From a virus (Duplodnaviria > Caudoviricetes): a stretch of 64,000 bases of DNA. The translations under genes were made by a program, and so were the position numbers. Position 1 is the first letter of the stretch. The number at the start of each line of letters is the position of its first letter. The notes under the pieces were generated by a model that saw only the letters and a list, made by a program, of their open reading frames with translations, was not told where the DNA came from and did not search any database. The stretch is from positions 96,001 through 160,000 of the IMG/VR virus record IMGVR_UViG_3300021979_000004, one strand, 5' to 3'. Below, piece by piece: positions 1-10,123 of the stretch.

Positions 1-182
1 TGATAGTCATAGTAAGATTTCAAGCAACATGCAATGAAAAGCGTAGTAACGAACACAGTGTAGACTAGTGATAGGCCCGATACACCCAAAAATGTTATTG
101 ATCCACCAAATACACCGAAAGCATACCAAGGGATATAGCGCATGTTTCGATGTGTTATAATTTTATCAATTTGATCGCTCAT
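1..182 (-). CDS. membrane protein, partial (runs off window start)
   Basis: Read manually: ATG at 182 overlapping the upstream stop; MSDQIDKIITHRNMRYIPWYAFGVFGGSITFLGVSGLSLVYTVFVTTLFIACCLKSY..., two hydrophobic segments. Confidence 0.6.
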   Translation of the reverse strand, partial: MSDQIDKIITHRNMRYIPWYAFGVFGGSITFLGVSGLSLVYTVFVTTLFIACCLKSYYDY

Positions 183-939
183 CTAATTTCCTTTCTTCGT
201 TAAGTTCATCTGCACGTTCTTTCAGACTAGTAATTAAGTTTTCCTTAATACCAGCAAAATATATCACGATGGATTTGTACATTTTTCCTTGTGCCACAAA
301 GCATGATACCACTGTGATCAATAAAGCTAACGACGTGATGGAAACCGTGAGAGCTTGTGTCATGGCAATAAGCATCAAACACATAACACCCATAATGATT
401 ATAAATGGCATATGGTTTTTATGTTTGAGAATGACAGCACCTAGTAGCTGCTTGGAATTAAATATTGCCACAAACTTTGCAATTAATCCCAATGACTTAG
501 CAACCTCTTGGTCGTTTGAAGTCATGTATGATACATTAAGTGGCTGTGATTTGTCGCCAAAATCATTATGTTCATAAATGATTAAGTCACTATCAATAGC
601 ATGTTTTATATTAAGTATTGAGTTCATAACATTCTTGTATTCTTTTACAGAATTCAATCCCAACCAAATAAACAAAAGTTCAACCAGTGCGATATAAGCC
701 ACAACACCTATAGTACCAAAGATTGAATAACTGAGGGCACCAAATGCAAAGAACACAATGGCGATAATCCAAGAAACCAGAGTATGGGTTAGAAGATCGA
801 AATTCTTAGTAACCCCATACAGACTGGTTTTTAGGTGACCATCATTAAATGTAAGGACATTCATGAAATTGAGTTTTCCGCTTTTCTCAATTTCACTCAA
901 TGCCTTTATTTGCTCACTTAATGGAGTATCATTGTTCAT
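166..939 (-). CDS. multi-pass membrane protein (two pairs of TM helices)
   Basis: 257-aa ORF with hydrophobic hairpins; RBS (AGGAAGAG) upstream. Confidence 0.75.
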   Translation of the reverse strand: MNNDTPLSEQIKALSEIEKSGKLNFMNVLTFNDGHLKTSLYGVTKNFDLLTHTLVSWIIAIVFFAFGALSYSIFGTIGVVAYIALVELLFIWLGLNSVKEYKNVMNSILNIKHAIDSDLIIYEHNDFGDKSQPLNVSYMTSNDQEVAKSLGLIAKFVAIFNSKQLLGAVILKHKNHMPFIIIMGVMCLMLIAMTQALTVSITSLALLITVVSCFVAQGKMYKSIVIYFAGIKENLITSLKERADELNEERKLDERSN

Positions 940-1726
940 TTATCTCTTCCTTAGTCATACCCATACTTTTAAGTGATGCTTTAATCTCAACCTTGTAATC
1001 TACGCCAAGGTTAACAAGCTTAAGAACATTAATGAAACTCAGCTTATCAAATGAGATTTCAAAGCCGGTAATCTGCTCATCACCAAACGGGTGTCTCTGT
1101 GTAATAGTCTTGACATTTTCACCGCCAAACTTCTTTCCAAGTTGGATACGAACGTCAGAAATCTTCTCTTCCATTTGCTCACGATCCGGGCGACCAAACA
1201 TACTAACGCGCTGTAGGCCAATCTTGGCAAGGAAGTTTTTACCATTAAAGCTAAAACGGTTGCTATATGAAATATTATAGCTGTTACCGTCCACCGCATA
1301 AAACATGTCCCTTGACACAGATGGTAAGAAATGTACTACCACAATAAAAGACTTAGAACATGATTCAACATAGGATCGAACTTCGTCTGGGGTATCCATA
1401 ATCTTTTGTTCTACGCCAGCATCGTTAACATTCAAAACAAGACAATGCTCATCACATTCCTTGTCGTGAATTTCTTCGAAGTACGATTCAAATGCCTTGG
1501 CTAGTGGGCTTACATAACTAATGATAGGGCCATCGAAGCGTGAAGAAATAAAGTCACGGACTAGCTTTTCATTAGCAAATGACATAACACCACTGACTTT
1601 TTCTTTACCCATTGCATGATACTCGGGTACGATACCAAACAAAGATCGTACCATACAACGGTTTTCATCAGTGCTACGGTTGCATTCAGTGAAAGATTTT
1701 TTTACGTCACCTTTGGTAAATTTCAT
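929..1726 (-). CDS. hypothetical protein
   Basis: 265-aa ORF overlapping the next gene, downstream of a sigma70-like promoter. Confidence 0.75.
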   Translation of the reverse strand: MKFTKGDVKKSFTECNRSTDENRCMVRSLFGIVPEYHAMGKEKVSGVMSFANEKLVRDFISSRFDGPIISYVSPLAKAFESYFEEIHDKECDEHCLVLNVNDAGVEQKIMDTPDEVRSYVESCSKSFIVVVHFLPSVSRDMFYAVDGNSYNISYSNRFSFNGKNFLAKIGLQRVSMFGRPDREQMEEKISDVRIQLGKKFGGENVKTITQRHPFGDEQITGFEISFDKLSFINVLKLVNLGVDYKVEIKASLKSMGMTKEEINEQ

Positions 1727-1757
1727 AACAATAACCTGTGTCTGTAAGTTTTATACC

Positions 1758-1786
1758 ATTATAAAGCAATTATTTTGTAATTACAA
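1758..1786 (-). promoter_or_regulatory. sigma70-like early promoter
   Basis: TTGTAA-17nt-TATAAT on the minus strand upstream of 929..1726. Confidence 0.6.
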
Positions 1787-1791
1787 GTGCT

Positions 1792-1814
1792 AAAAAGAGC
1801 CTTTAAGGCTCTTT
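1792..1814 (-). terminator. intrinsic terminator
   Basis: Stem AAAGAGCCT/AGGCTCTTT followed by a T run on the minus strand, at the stop of 1803..2495. Confidence 0.65.
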
Positions 1815-2495
1815 GATTTCTTCGTCATCTTCGTTGGCGGCTTCGTTAAGGTCAGCTACAATACCAACCATAAGCCGTGTATACTTTAGCCGCACAACCT
1901 CATAGAGGAACCTAGAGGCAAAATATACATTAAATGCAATTGCGACTGCAAATGATGGTGTGTGGAAAACAATGAAACAAGTCACCAATACCAGAATAGC
2001 CATAGATGTAGTAAACGATGCCATGCTATTCTTTAACGAGTCATAAAGAACGTCGTCATAAAGGTAGTGTGAATATAGTATAAGTTGTTTAAACTTACTC
2101 TTAGCCTCTTCTGACTTCGCTACAATATATGGTGATTTAATTTCATAGTCACCGTTTTCAACAATCTTATGATACGGATATTCTTCATCAATCATAACTT
2201 TACGACGACGGTACATAGTATAGGCAGACCACAGAGTACCAAGTGTTAAAATACCATAAAGTACAATAAGTCCGCTTGCGCCATATATAAAGAAAACACC
2301 TAACATAAGGCCAACCAACAATACTGTGTTAATCTTATCAATACTATTCATACCCATAATGTCAAAATTAAAGGTAAGAATGTATCCACTTCGATCAAGT
2401 CTTTCTTGTGGAAGATTTTTAATAATATCACTATTAAGGCGTCCTTCTGACATATCTTCAGTAATAGCCTTAACTGAATTCATAAATTCTTTCAT
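1803..2495 (-). CDS. multi-pass membrane protein
   Basis: 230-aa ORF with two pairs of hydrophobic segments. Confidence 0.75.
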   Translation of the reverse strand: MKEFMNSVKAITEDMSEGRLNSDIIKNLPQERLDRSGYILTFNFDIMGMNSIDKINTVLLVGLMLGVFFIYGASGLIVLYGILTLGTLWSAYTMYRRRKVMIDEEYPYHKIVENGDYEIKSPYIVAKSEEAKSKFKQLILYSHYLYDDVLYDSLKNSMASFTTSMAILVLVTCFIVFHTPSFAVAIAFNVYFASRFLYEVVRLKYTRLMVGIVADLNEAANEDDEEIKEP

Positions 2496-2497
2496 AG

Positions 2498-3001
2498 TTA
2501 TTCACCGTTCTTCGAAATGTTGGTAACTTTCTCAAGTATACTCAACGCAGTTTTATCAGTCAATATCTCTTCTAGTCCATAATGAAGTGGGCTAGGCCAA
2601 TTACCAAACTCAAACCAGTGTGCGTCACTACTCTCCCAATTTAACACAGGAAGAAACTCATCACTAACGATTCCTACATAGGTTGTGTATTTGAATCCTT
2701 TGGATTCGTCAGTATAAGTATACAATACTTCTAAGCTTGAAGGATCAATTTTCTTACCTGCTTCTTCATGTACTTCACGCGCTACCGCCTGTTTTTCATT
2801 TTCTTCAGGGTCAACAGCACCCCCAAAAACTCCCCATGTTCCGGGTTCTAGTACTAGGGCAGATCGTTTAGGAATCAATATCTTACCAGTCTTCATGGAA
2901 ACCAGAAGGCATCCTGCACCTTTACTCCCCCAATATCCAGTTTTCTGCAATACCTTATCATGTACTTCATCATGATCGTGGTTCATCGTATACTTCCTCA
3001 T
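2498..3001 (-). CDS. NUDIX hydrolase
   Basis: Nudix box GGAVDPEENEKQAVAREVHEEAG (Gx5Ex7REUxEExG). Confidence 0.9.
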   Translation of the reverse strand: MRKYTMNHDHDEVHDKVLQKTGYWGSKGAGCLLVSMKTGKILIPKRSALVLEPGTWGVFGGAVDPEENEKQAVAREVHEEAGKKIDPSSLEVLYTYTDESKGFKYTTYVGIVSDEFLPVLNWESSDAHWFEFGNWPSPLHYGLEEILTDKTALSILEKVTNISKNGE

Positions 3002-3419
3002 TTACATTTGTATATATTTTTAATTCTTTAGTTTTTTCTTCGACATTTATTCTTAATGAAAAAGGGTCTAGTTCAAAACTGCTCATCATGTCGTCTATCA
3101 TATCTTTACTGATATAGGGTTTTTCAGATTCAAGTATGTCTTTGAATGTCATCACAAAAAAGGTCGTATGCTTCAACTCGTCCATTAACATATCATAATG
3201 GTTTTTGTGTTTAGAGTTCATAAAATAAATTATTTTGGCATTTCGACTTCGTATATGTCTTACATGAAATATTTCATTTACCTTATCAGGTATAACGTTG
3301 TTCACGTAGTTATCTACCTGCTCCGAAGTTCTTTCTGGTGTAAAACGGTATTCAAATAGTCTGAATACATTATATAACTTATCGACAAACTCTTTTGTTG
3401 AATAACACTCTTTACTCAT
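2970..3419 (-). CDS. hypothetical protein
   Basis: 149-aa ORF in a tightly packed operon. Confidence 0.7.
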   Translation of the reverse strand: MSKECYSTKEFVDKLYNVFRLFEYRFTPERTSEQVDNYVNNVIPDKVNEIFHVRHIRSRNAKIIYFMNSKHKNHYDMLMDELKHTTFFVMTFKDILESEKPYISKDMIDDMMSSFELDPFSLRINVEEKTKELKIYTNVNEEVYDEPRS

Positions 3420-3972
3420 ACTCTACACGGTCGTAAATGAACTTAACTAGTAATGCTTTCGCGTCACTTAATGCCTGCTCTTCAGTGACTGGCTTTTCAT
3501 AGTTCAATACTTCTTTATGATAGATGGTGTTCATGCTAACTTCAATTTGGGTTGTATCACCATGGCTCACAATTACACCGGAGTTGAAATTAAAAATCTC
3601 TTTTCGATTCTCAAACTCATATCCACCATAGTTAAATGTATAATGCTTCTCAAAAAGAAAGTTACTATCTTCGTCCTTTTCTTCCATGCGTTTAAATTCC
3701 CAAAATCCATTTTTAACAATGTACGACACAAACTTACCCGCCCATTGTAAGTATCCAAGCTTTCTATCAAGAGTCCATTCAGTGTCGTCGCGATCATCAC
3801 TCACGCTTTGAAGCTCGTTTCTAAGATCGGTGACCTCTTCCTGAAGTTCTTCCTGATTCTCATTCCAACGTGACACCAGAGCATTATATAATGGATCAGC
3901 AGAATGATCCCTTTCAATTTCAATCAACAGTTCATCAAATGAAAGATTTCTCAATAGTGGTTCTTTAATCAT
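3412..3972 (-). CDS. hypothetical protein with coiled coil
   Basis: 186-aa ORF with RBS GAGG. Confidence 0.7.
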   Translation of the reverse strand: MIKEPLLRNLSFDELLIEIERDHSADPLYNALVSRWNENQEELQEEVTDLRNELQSVSDDRDDTEWTLDRKLGYLQWAGKFVSYIVKNGFWEFKRMEEKDEDSNFLFEKHYTFNYGGYEFENRKEIFNFNSGVIVSHGDTTQIEVSMNTIYHKEVLNYEKPVTEEQALSDAKALLVKFIYDRVEYE

Positions 3973-3981
3973 AATAACCTC

Positions 3982-5139
3982 TTACAAGTACATATTCCAA
4001 GGATATCTATAAACCGGTTCCCCAGAAATTTCATCGTTTCTTGTTGTTTTTTCATGCAATCCCAATATCATTTCGGAAAGCTTTTGTGAGGTTAACATTT
4101 TTGCAACCGTATAAGCACTTTCCATCTTTCTCTTAGAATACACGTTTTTTATGATTTGTAAATCATTAAGTGTTATATCGTGACCATATACCTCTATTAA
4201 CTTTTTAAAGCGAAGTATGTGTGCATTGACATTTAGCTGACGATATACATCACTCTCTTCCTTGGAGAGTTTATAATTGTTTGGATACAGAACCATACTG
4301 TTAGGAACATTACTTAACTCTTTGGTATATCCTCGAACCTTCATATAGTTTTCTTCTTCTACATTAACATAGTCGTTTTTCTTTAACGCGACTTTGAAAT
4401 AAGTACCTGTACTTTTTATATCTCTGTTCTGATGGAAAGCACGTTGAGTGACTTCCATATATTTCATACCATAATCTTTAAGAACATAACCAGATGACGT
4501 ATAAAAGTTAGTTCCCTTAAAATTATAAATGGCATCCTCTTTGGTATTCGAAGCTTTTCTATAAAAGTCAACATAAAGATACTGTGCAGCAATTGCAGAT
4601 ACAATAGGGCTACAAATAGGATCAGTTCTGTTTAATCCAACTACCCTAGATGGTAAATATTCAATTTCATCAGGATCACTATCATACAGAATGCTATCTA
4701 CAAATTCTTTTAATAAAATCGGATAATCATATATCTCTTCAGTAGCAAATTCTGTTAAAATGGTCAGAATCATATTGTAGATATCACGGTGCATATTCCA
4801 GTCAGTATCATGACGAATTCCCGCTATCTTTGTTTTTCTTGAGCTTGAAGACACTGGATACGAAAGAGTGAAAAAGTTATGATATTCTAAACCGTTATAG
4901 AAATCATTACTGGCAAGAATTCTTTTGGTTGTTTCATGATCTACCGTTGTGTGTATAGTTCCTTCAAGACCATAAAACTTTTCAAAATTCCCATCATTAA
5001 TAGTTTTCATATCAATACCGTTACATTCTATGCGTGGGTATCGATAATCACCATCCTTCATAAAGAATTCAGATTTAATATTAATCTTTGAGTTTTCTAA
5101 TAGTTTAATAAGATTTGAAAGTTTTAAACGGTTAATCAT
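3982..5139 (-). CDS. hypothetical protein
   Basis: 385-aa ORF; start overlaps the upstream stop (ATGA). Confidence 0.75.
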   Translation of the reverse strand: MINRLKLSNLIKLLENSKINIKSEFFMKDGDYRYPRIECNGIDMKTINDGNFEKFYGLEGTIHTTVDHETTKRILASNDFYNGLEYHNFFTLSYPVSSSSRKTKIAGIRHDTDWNMHRDIYNMILTILTEFATEEIYDYPILLKEFVDSILYDSDPDEIEYLPSRVVGLNRTDPICSPIVSAIAAQYLYVDFYRKASNTKEDAIYNFKGTNFYTSSGYVLKDYGMKYMEVTQRAFHQNRDIKSTGTYFKVALKKNDYVNVEEENYMKVRGYTKELSNVPNSMVLYPNNYKLSKEESDVYRQLNVNAHILRFKKLIEVYGHDITLNDLQIIKNVYSKRKMESAYTVAKMLTSQKLSEMILGLHEKTTRNDEISGEPVYRYPWNMYL

Positions 5140-5930
5140 ACCATGCTCTTAAAGAGTTCCTTAATATCAATTCCTTTTTCTTTTGCTACCGATTCTGCCC
5201 ATGTGCTGTTAATAAGCACAAACTTTTCTGAATGGATATGAAGCTCTTCTTTTTTAACATCGCCAAGATTAACATTGTCAACGACGTTACCCTTAATCAT
5301 ACGATCAACGTGATTGAGGATTTCTTTTTTAACCAGTTTAACAAAGCTGTCGCTAAGAATCTTGTTTCTTAGGCTCTTAGACAGAAATTCACGATTAGCG
5401 AGAACAATACGCTGGCGGGTATCTTCCTCGTCAATTAGTTCAATATTATCACTAATGCTATCGATAAGGTGTGAAACATATACTGGTTCCATATCACCAA
5501 CATCAAGCTTAGATACGATAGAATCAGCAATCACATCAAGGTCTTGCAGGAGTTGAAGATAAAAGTCTGTGATGCCTTTAACATACATCATATCCAGATT
5601 ATCTCCTGCTGGAATAACATAGTACAAACCTTTAGTGGCATCATTCACGTTACGCACATAGGTAAACAGTGATTCAGAACGATACGCAACACCATACTGA
5701 TATTCATATACAGTATCGATATAGTCATGAATGAATTCAGGGGTATTAGTAGGTGTACGGTTTGACTTATTCTTGACGACAGAAAAAGTACTAACCGACA
5801 TTTTCTTACTATAGTGAACACCGATATTTCCAGAAGCAACTACATTTTTAAGGTAGGATGAAGAAACTGGTGATGCCTTTACAATAGACTTCAGTTCTTC
5901 ATAGCTCTTTACAATATCATCTACTTTCAT
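5136..5930 (-). CDS. hypothetical protein, possible ADP-ribosyltransferase-like fold; paralog of 37778..38458
   Basis: RTPTNTPEFIHDYIDTVYEYQYGVAYRSESLF..GLYYVIPAG aligns with RPKPMSMDAEDHQISNEWFKEKFNVAARTNTVF..SIHYVFPVG. Confidence 0.55.
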   Translation of the reverse strand: MKVDDIVKSYEELKSIVKASPVSSSYLKNVVASGNIGVHYSKKMSVSTFSVVKNKSNRTPTNTPEFIHDYIDTVYEYQYGVAYRSESLFTYVRNVNDATKGLYYVIPAGDNLDMMYVKGITDFYLQLLQDLDVIADSIVSKLDVGDMEPVYVSHLIDSISDNIELIDEEDTRQRIVLANREFLSKSLRNKILSDSFVKLVKKEILNHVDRMIKGNVVDNVNLGDVKKEELHIHSEKFVLINSTWAESVAKEKGIDIKELFKSMV

Positions 5931-5956
5931 TCTGTATCCTCTATAGTAAGGGTTAG

Positions 5957-5985
5957 AAAAGGGGCGAGGTTACCGAAGTAACCTC
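5957..5985 (-). terminator. hairpin/terminator with C(UUCG)G tetraloop
   Basis: GAGGTTAC-TTCG-GTAACCTC followed by GCCCCTTTTCT on the minus strand. Confidence 0.6.
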
Positions 5986-6002
5986 TCACTGGCAGTGTTG
6001 AA

Positions 6003-6146
6003 TTATTTACAAAAGTCTGCGTACATGACGTTGAGCTTGATCCATTGTTTACGGCTCATGACCAGAGGCGTAGTGTTCTTACCGATCCGCTCACACATAC
6101 GAGCAAGTTTTGATTCTTTGCGAGTATTGGCGTTTACAATTTTCAT
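6003..6146 (-). CDS. small basic protein (47 aa, below the ORF-track cutoff)
   Basis: MKIVNANTRKESKLARMCERIGKNTTPLVMSRKQWIKLNVMYADFCK with RBS GAGAGG. Confidence 0.6.
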   Translation of the reverse strand: MKIVNANTRKESKLARMCERIGKNTTPLVMSRKQWIKLNVMYADFCK

Positions 6147-6201
6147 AACAATGTCCTCTCTCAAGTGTTATAAACATTATAACATTAAAATTGAAAGAGG
6201 G

Positions 6202-6438
6202 TCAAGGATTATCTAGATTAATTGATAATGTTCTTGTAAAAAATTCACCTTCACGATCTTTATTCTGGTACTTAAGCTCAAACTCAAAGGTCGATCCTTC
6301 TTCGTTATAATGGGCTTTTACTCCAACAAGACCTTCTTCTTTATAGTTATTAACCAATCGTTCAATATCAGTTAAGGCTTCTTCCGTGACCAATACTTTT
6401 TTGATTCGGTAAGGGTTGCTCATATTGTCACCACTCAT
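6202..6438 (-). CDS. hypothetical protein
   Basis: 78-aa ORF. Confidence 0.65.
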   Translation of the reverse strand: MSGDNMSNPYRIKKVLVTEEALTDIERLVNNYKEEGLVGVKAHYNEEGSTFEFELKYQNKDREGEFFTRTLSINLDNP

Positions 6439-6646
6439 TAAATATCAAATCGTTTTTTAAATTCATTCCATGAAGCATGTGGATATTCGGACTCACAAAC
6501 CATATGAGTATCAGGAATATCTTTAAACGCCTTAAGTTTATTGTACTGACTACCAAATACACTTTCGTTTAGATAGTTAATCATATCATCATACTCAGAT
6601 TCAGGCAAGTTATAAACGATACAACCTTCTTCAGCAACGTTTTCAT

Positions 6647-6934
6647 TTACAACGTATTTTCGTAAACAGGATCATCGTTTTTGGTCATTTCTTTGAAGAA
6701 CTCTTCAGCATCTTCAACAGTGTCAAAGTCCATGCCTTCATATTCTTCAAAGCTAGGCTCAGCGTCACAGAACTCATACTGTCCATCTTCTTTCTTCTCA
6801 AGCTTACCAATACGAGTACCACCGTGAATAGTAACGGTATAATCGTCTTCATCTTTAATAACAGCAGCCACGTCTAATGGATTCTCACGTGTAGCATTTT
6901 CTACAAGCTGAATCATTTCTTTCATGTTTTTCAT
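6647..6934 (-). CDS. acidic late protein, candidate head-internal protein
   Basis: Start MKNMKEMIQLVEN at 6934; CTAAATA late-type element at 6962-6968. Confidence 0.65.
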   Translation of the reverse strand: MKNMKEMIQLVENATRENPLDVAAVIKDEDDYTVTIHGGTRIGKLEKKEDGQYEFCDAEPSFEEYEGMDFDTVEDAEEFFKEMTKNDDPVYENTL

Positions 6935-6950
6935 AATATTTTTTCCCTTG

Positions 6951-7454
6951 TTATGTACCATTATTTAGGGAATGTGTGAAATCTGACATTATTAATAGTC
7001 TTCCACCAAAGGCTTCAGACAAAAACTTATACATGCTACGATTAGAAATCTTAACACGGTTTAGTGCATCTTTGTTTACATTAAAAACAATTCTGGTCAC
7101 ATAGTATTCATCAAAGTGAATCTGATGCGTTACAGGGCATGAAGGATAACCAACCAATTCTGACGAAGATAATCCTAACTTAAAATCTTTCTTATCAATC
7201 TCTTGCTCAAGATAACATTGAAAGTTCACTAGGGCTTGATGCTCAAAATTAGAAAGATCATCCAGTGTATCATATCCCATACGCTTAACTTCGTTCGCAG
7301 ATGCACATAGAAAAAGAACTGAATGTTGGGCACTACGACTGTTTTTAGGTTTTACAATCTCAGGTTTACAATCCATATCATTCACCGTTAATAAGTTCAT
7401 CCAGAATATCTTCCAACCATTTTTCACGCTCTTGATATTCCTTTTCATGATCAC
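6951..7454 (-). CDS. hypothetical protein
   Basis: 167-aa ORF. Confidence 0.65.
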   Translation of the reverse strand: MIMKRNIKSVKNGWKIFWMNLLTVNDMDCKPEIVKPKNSRSAQHSVLFLCASANEVKRMGYDTLDDLSNFEHQALVNFQCYLEQEIDKKDFKLGLSSSELVGYPSCPVTHQIHFDEYYVTRIVFNVNKDALNRVKISNRSMYKFLSEAFGGRLLIMSDFTHSLNNGT

Positions 7455-7818
7455 TCAGGAAAGTCCAAAGGCGCTCAAATGGTTCAATTTCTTTAATAAT
7501 ACAACTACGGGTATACTCTTTCGTACCGACATATTTGATAATTGCTAACGTTGAGAAATTGTTTACATTATCAACGTAAAATACAAGTTCTGTACCTTTT
7601 ACTTTGTAAAGATAATAGTATCCTTTCTCAATGGTTCTATGTGAATACGGGTTAAGATCAAACCAAAGTTTATTCACTTTTGTAGGTGATCTTCCACTAA
7701 GGGCCTTGATAACTTTATCAACAATATTATTTTCTTTATAAAGATCAGAGCTTTCATACTTAACCTTCTGGTATAAACGCTCTGCTTCTTCTGTTGGGTC
7801 TACTGGTTTAAACGACAT
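7378..7818 (-). CDS. hypothetical protein
   Basis: 146-aa ORF with RBS GAGG; 3' end overlaps the next gene. Confidence 0.65.
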   Translation of the reverse strand: MSFKPVDPTEEAERLYQKVKYESSDLYKENNIVDKVIKALSGRSPTKVNKLWFDLNPYSHRTIEKGYYYLYKVKGTELVFYVDNVNNFSTLAIIKYVGTKEYTRSCIIKEIEPFERLWTFLSDHEKEYQEREKWLEDILDELINGE

Positions 7819-7827
7819 ATGCTATCC

Positions 7828-8910
7828 TCAGTACTCAGGAAATTCCCTTGAAATGTAATTACTACCATACTTCCAAAGCTGATCTACCGTTCGGGTCATG
7901 ATCAGGCATCCATGACCTCTTAGGTTGACTACAACAACCTCTTCATCCGGTGATGGGTAAAGCTCTACCACCTCATCAAACTCTTCTAGAAAGCCACATG
8001 GAACCTTGCTGGAAGTCATCTTAGCACCTTCGATGTATACATGCCCATGCACCATGTAATTAATGTTTGGATAATAATTGAACAACTTAACCTGAATCGG
8101 TGTGTCTACTGAAGGTTTACGATCACCATAGTAAAGAACTGACCCATTGAATTCAGGACTCACTTCTACAAACCCATCTGTTTCGATTAGTTTCTTATCG
8201 ATATTACGCTGTGTGACAAAGATACGATCTTGCTGTCTCTCAGCAGGAAACCCAAACATACAACGTGTACTTGCGTTACCCAATAGACGGTTAGGGTTAA
8301 CAGCGTTTACGTACTTAGTGAATTCATTAGCTGAATATTTAACAAACTCAATAAACTCTGGATCGATAGTGAACTCACGTTCTTCATCGATTTTTTTACT
8401 AGGCACACGAGTCATTGAGAACAATTGATTAATACGATTTAAGATAGTATCTGCCAATTCTTCGATTGAACAGGTATCAACATACAAGTTACCAAGAGGA
8501 TCAAGCAGTTTAAACTTATAAAGGTTCTTGGGCTTGGTAATCATGATTCCAAGGTTACTTTTTGATTTAAGTAGTCGGCCAATTACATCAGACTCTTTGT
8601 ATTCTTTTTCAACCACACGCTTAGAGCTAATAAGCAATGCTCTAGGTGCTTCTTCTTTAATTCTCGGAAGAATCTTATCTTCATCATTAGAAATATTTGG
8701 CATCCAGATAATAACATCGTAACGACTATACTTAAGGTCATCAGTAAGGATACTTAATGCACCACCATTGACCCAATCACATTCAAATCCTGAATGCTCA
8801 TCCATGTACTCAGTGAATTTTAAAATAACACTAGATACATTAGAGTCTTTATATTCATTTGGATCATCAAGGTGTTCAAATGTACCACCAACAATTAGCA
8901 TTTTTTTCAT
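7828..8910 (-). CDS. class II aldolase/adducin-domain protein
   Basis: C-terminal half has KPSVDTP.H-type segment, YMVHGHVY and NLRGHGCLI metal-binding motifs. Confidence 0.7.
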   Translation of the reverse strand: MKKMLIVGGTFEHLDDPNEYKDSNVSSVILKFTEYMDEHSGFECDWVNGGALSILTDDLKYSRYDVIIWMPNISNDEDKILPRIKEEAPRALLISSKRVVEKEYKESDVIGRLLKSKSNLGIMITKPKNLYKFKLLDPLGNLYVDTCSIEELADTILNRINQLFSMTRVPSKKIDEEREFTIDPEFIEFVKYSANEFTKYVNAVNPNRLLGNASTRCMFGFPAERQQDRIFVTQRNIDKKLIETDGFVEVSPEFNGSVLYYGDRKPSVDTPIQVKLFNYYPNINYMVHGHVYIEGAKMTSSKVPCGFLEEFDEVVELYPSPDEEVVVVNLRGHGCLIMTRTVDQLWKYGSNYISREFPEY

Positions 8911-9626
8911 ACATTATCTCCAAATCGTTTGCGATATTCTCTCATAATTTTACTGTGTCGGTTTTTATTGACATGATACCGCTCTAGGTTTATACCGTTG
9001 AGCTTGTCGTACATTGTACAAACAATGTAATCCATATGTCCATCATAAACTTTGTCAACAAACACTTTAGAAGGAATTGATTTGTTTAATCTGATTTTTT
9101 TGAAATCATAAGCCCTTCCTTCAGTAGTCTCAGTGACAACCGGACAGGATACTGAATAAGTATAGCGTGTGCCTTTTGTTACCTCACGCTTGTAAGCTAC
9201 CTTACTTGCAATTTTATTTTTATCTAAATCCCCAACCAAGCGGGTATAGATATGCATGATTCTTGGACTAACTTCGACAAGATTACCATGATAGCAATTC
9301 TTAGAATTACCATCTACATGTAAAATATTTCCAGTAGGCCAATCTCCATAAACCAAAAGCCAGATCAAACGACTTCGTAGCATTTTATATTGCTTACCAT
9401 TGAGTTTAAAATCTACTGTAAGGTATTCGTATGTTGCACCAGTTGGGGTAGTCATAACTTGTGAAGTTAGGGGTAAAGGACGATCAAAATACTTCTTACC
9501 TATAGCACTTACGGAGTATGGCGTGTTTTTATTATAAAACAAACTACCAGTTCCATCGTAATAATAATGCGCTAAACAAAATTGTTTCAGTCGTTCATTG
9601 TCTTCTTTATTCCTTAGTCGGGGCAT
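8907..9626 (-). mobile_element. HNH homing endonuclease-like gene (HNH_3 type)
   Basis: RSRLIWLLVYGDWPTGNILHVDGNSKNCYHGNL matches the HRLxW..G..P....HxdGxxxNNxxxNL pattern. Confidence 0.7.
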
Positions 9627-10123
9627 TATTCTATCCTCATAAGTTTATCAATCGTATATCCAGTAATCTTATGATACACATTTGGTATTTTAATTTTTAG
9701 ATAATTAAGATCATGTTTATTAATGGCAACCTTATAGCGAACGATTACCATATAAGAGTTCATGTTAACTTCTGTCTGTACTCGGTTTTCTAGAAAAGGA
9801 ATACCTTTCTTACAATAAGGCTTTATTACATCAATCATGCCATTTAGATGACCTCGGACAAATTCATCCAATTTATTAAAATGCTCATCCCTTCCTGTAT
9901 TATATGTTTCAGTCATGAACTGGTTATGAAAGGTGTACATTGTGCTTGTAACATGAATCGCAATACTAGTCCGATCTACCATCCAATCCTTTATATAAGA
10001 ATTAAATTCCTCACGGCTATGATTGGACATCAAATCATCTACGTTAAGATTTTCGATATCACCGGATTCTAGCTGTTGCCACGCTCTTTTAATTCTTTCT
10101 CTTTCTGAACTATTCTCCGACAT
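9626..10123 (-). CDS. hypothetical protein
   Basis: 165-aa ORF. Confidence 0.7.
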   Translation of the reverse strand: MSENSSERERIKRAWQQLESGDIENLNVDDLMSNHSREEFNSYIKDWMVDRTSIAIHVTSTMYTFHNQFMTETYNTGRDEHFNKLDEFVRGHLNGMIDVIKPYCKKGIPFLENRVQTEVNMNSYMVIVRYKVAINKHDLNYLKIKIPNVYHKITGYTIDKLMRIE

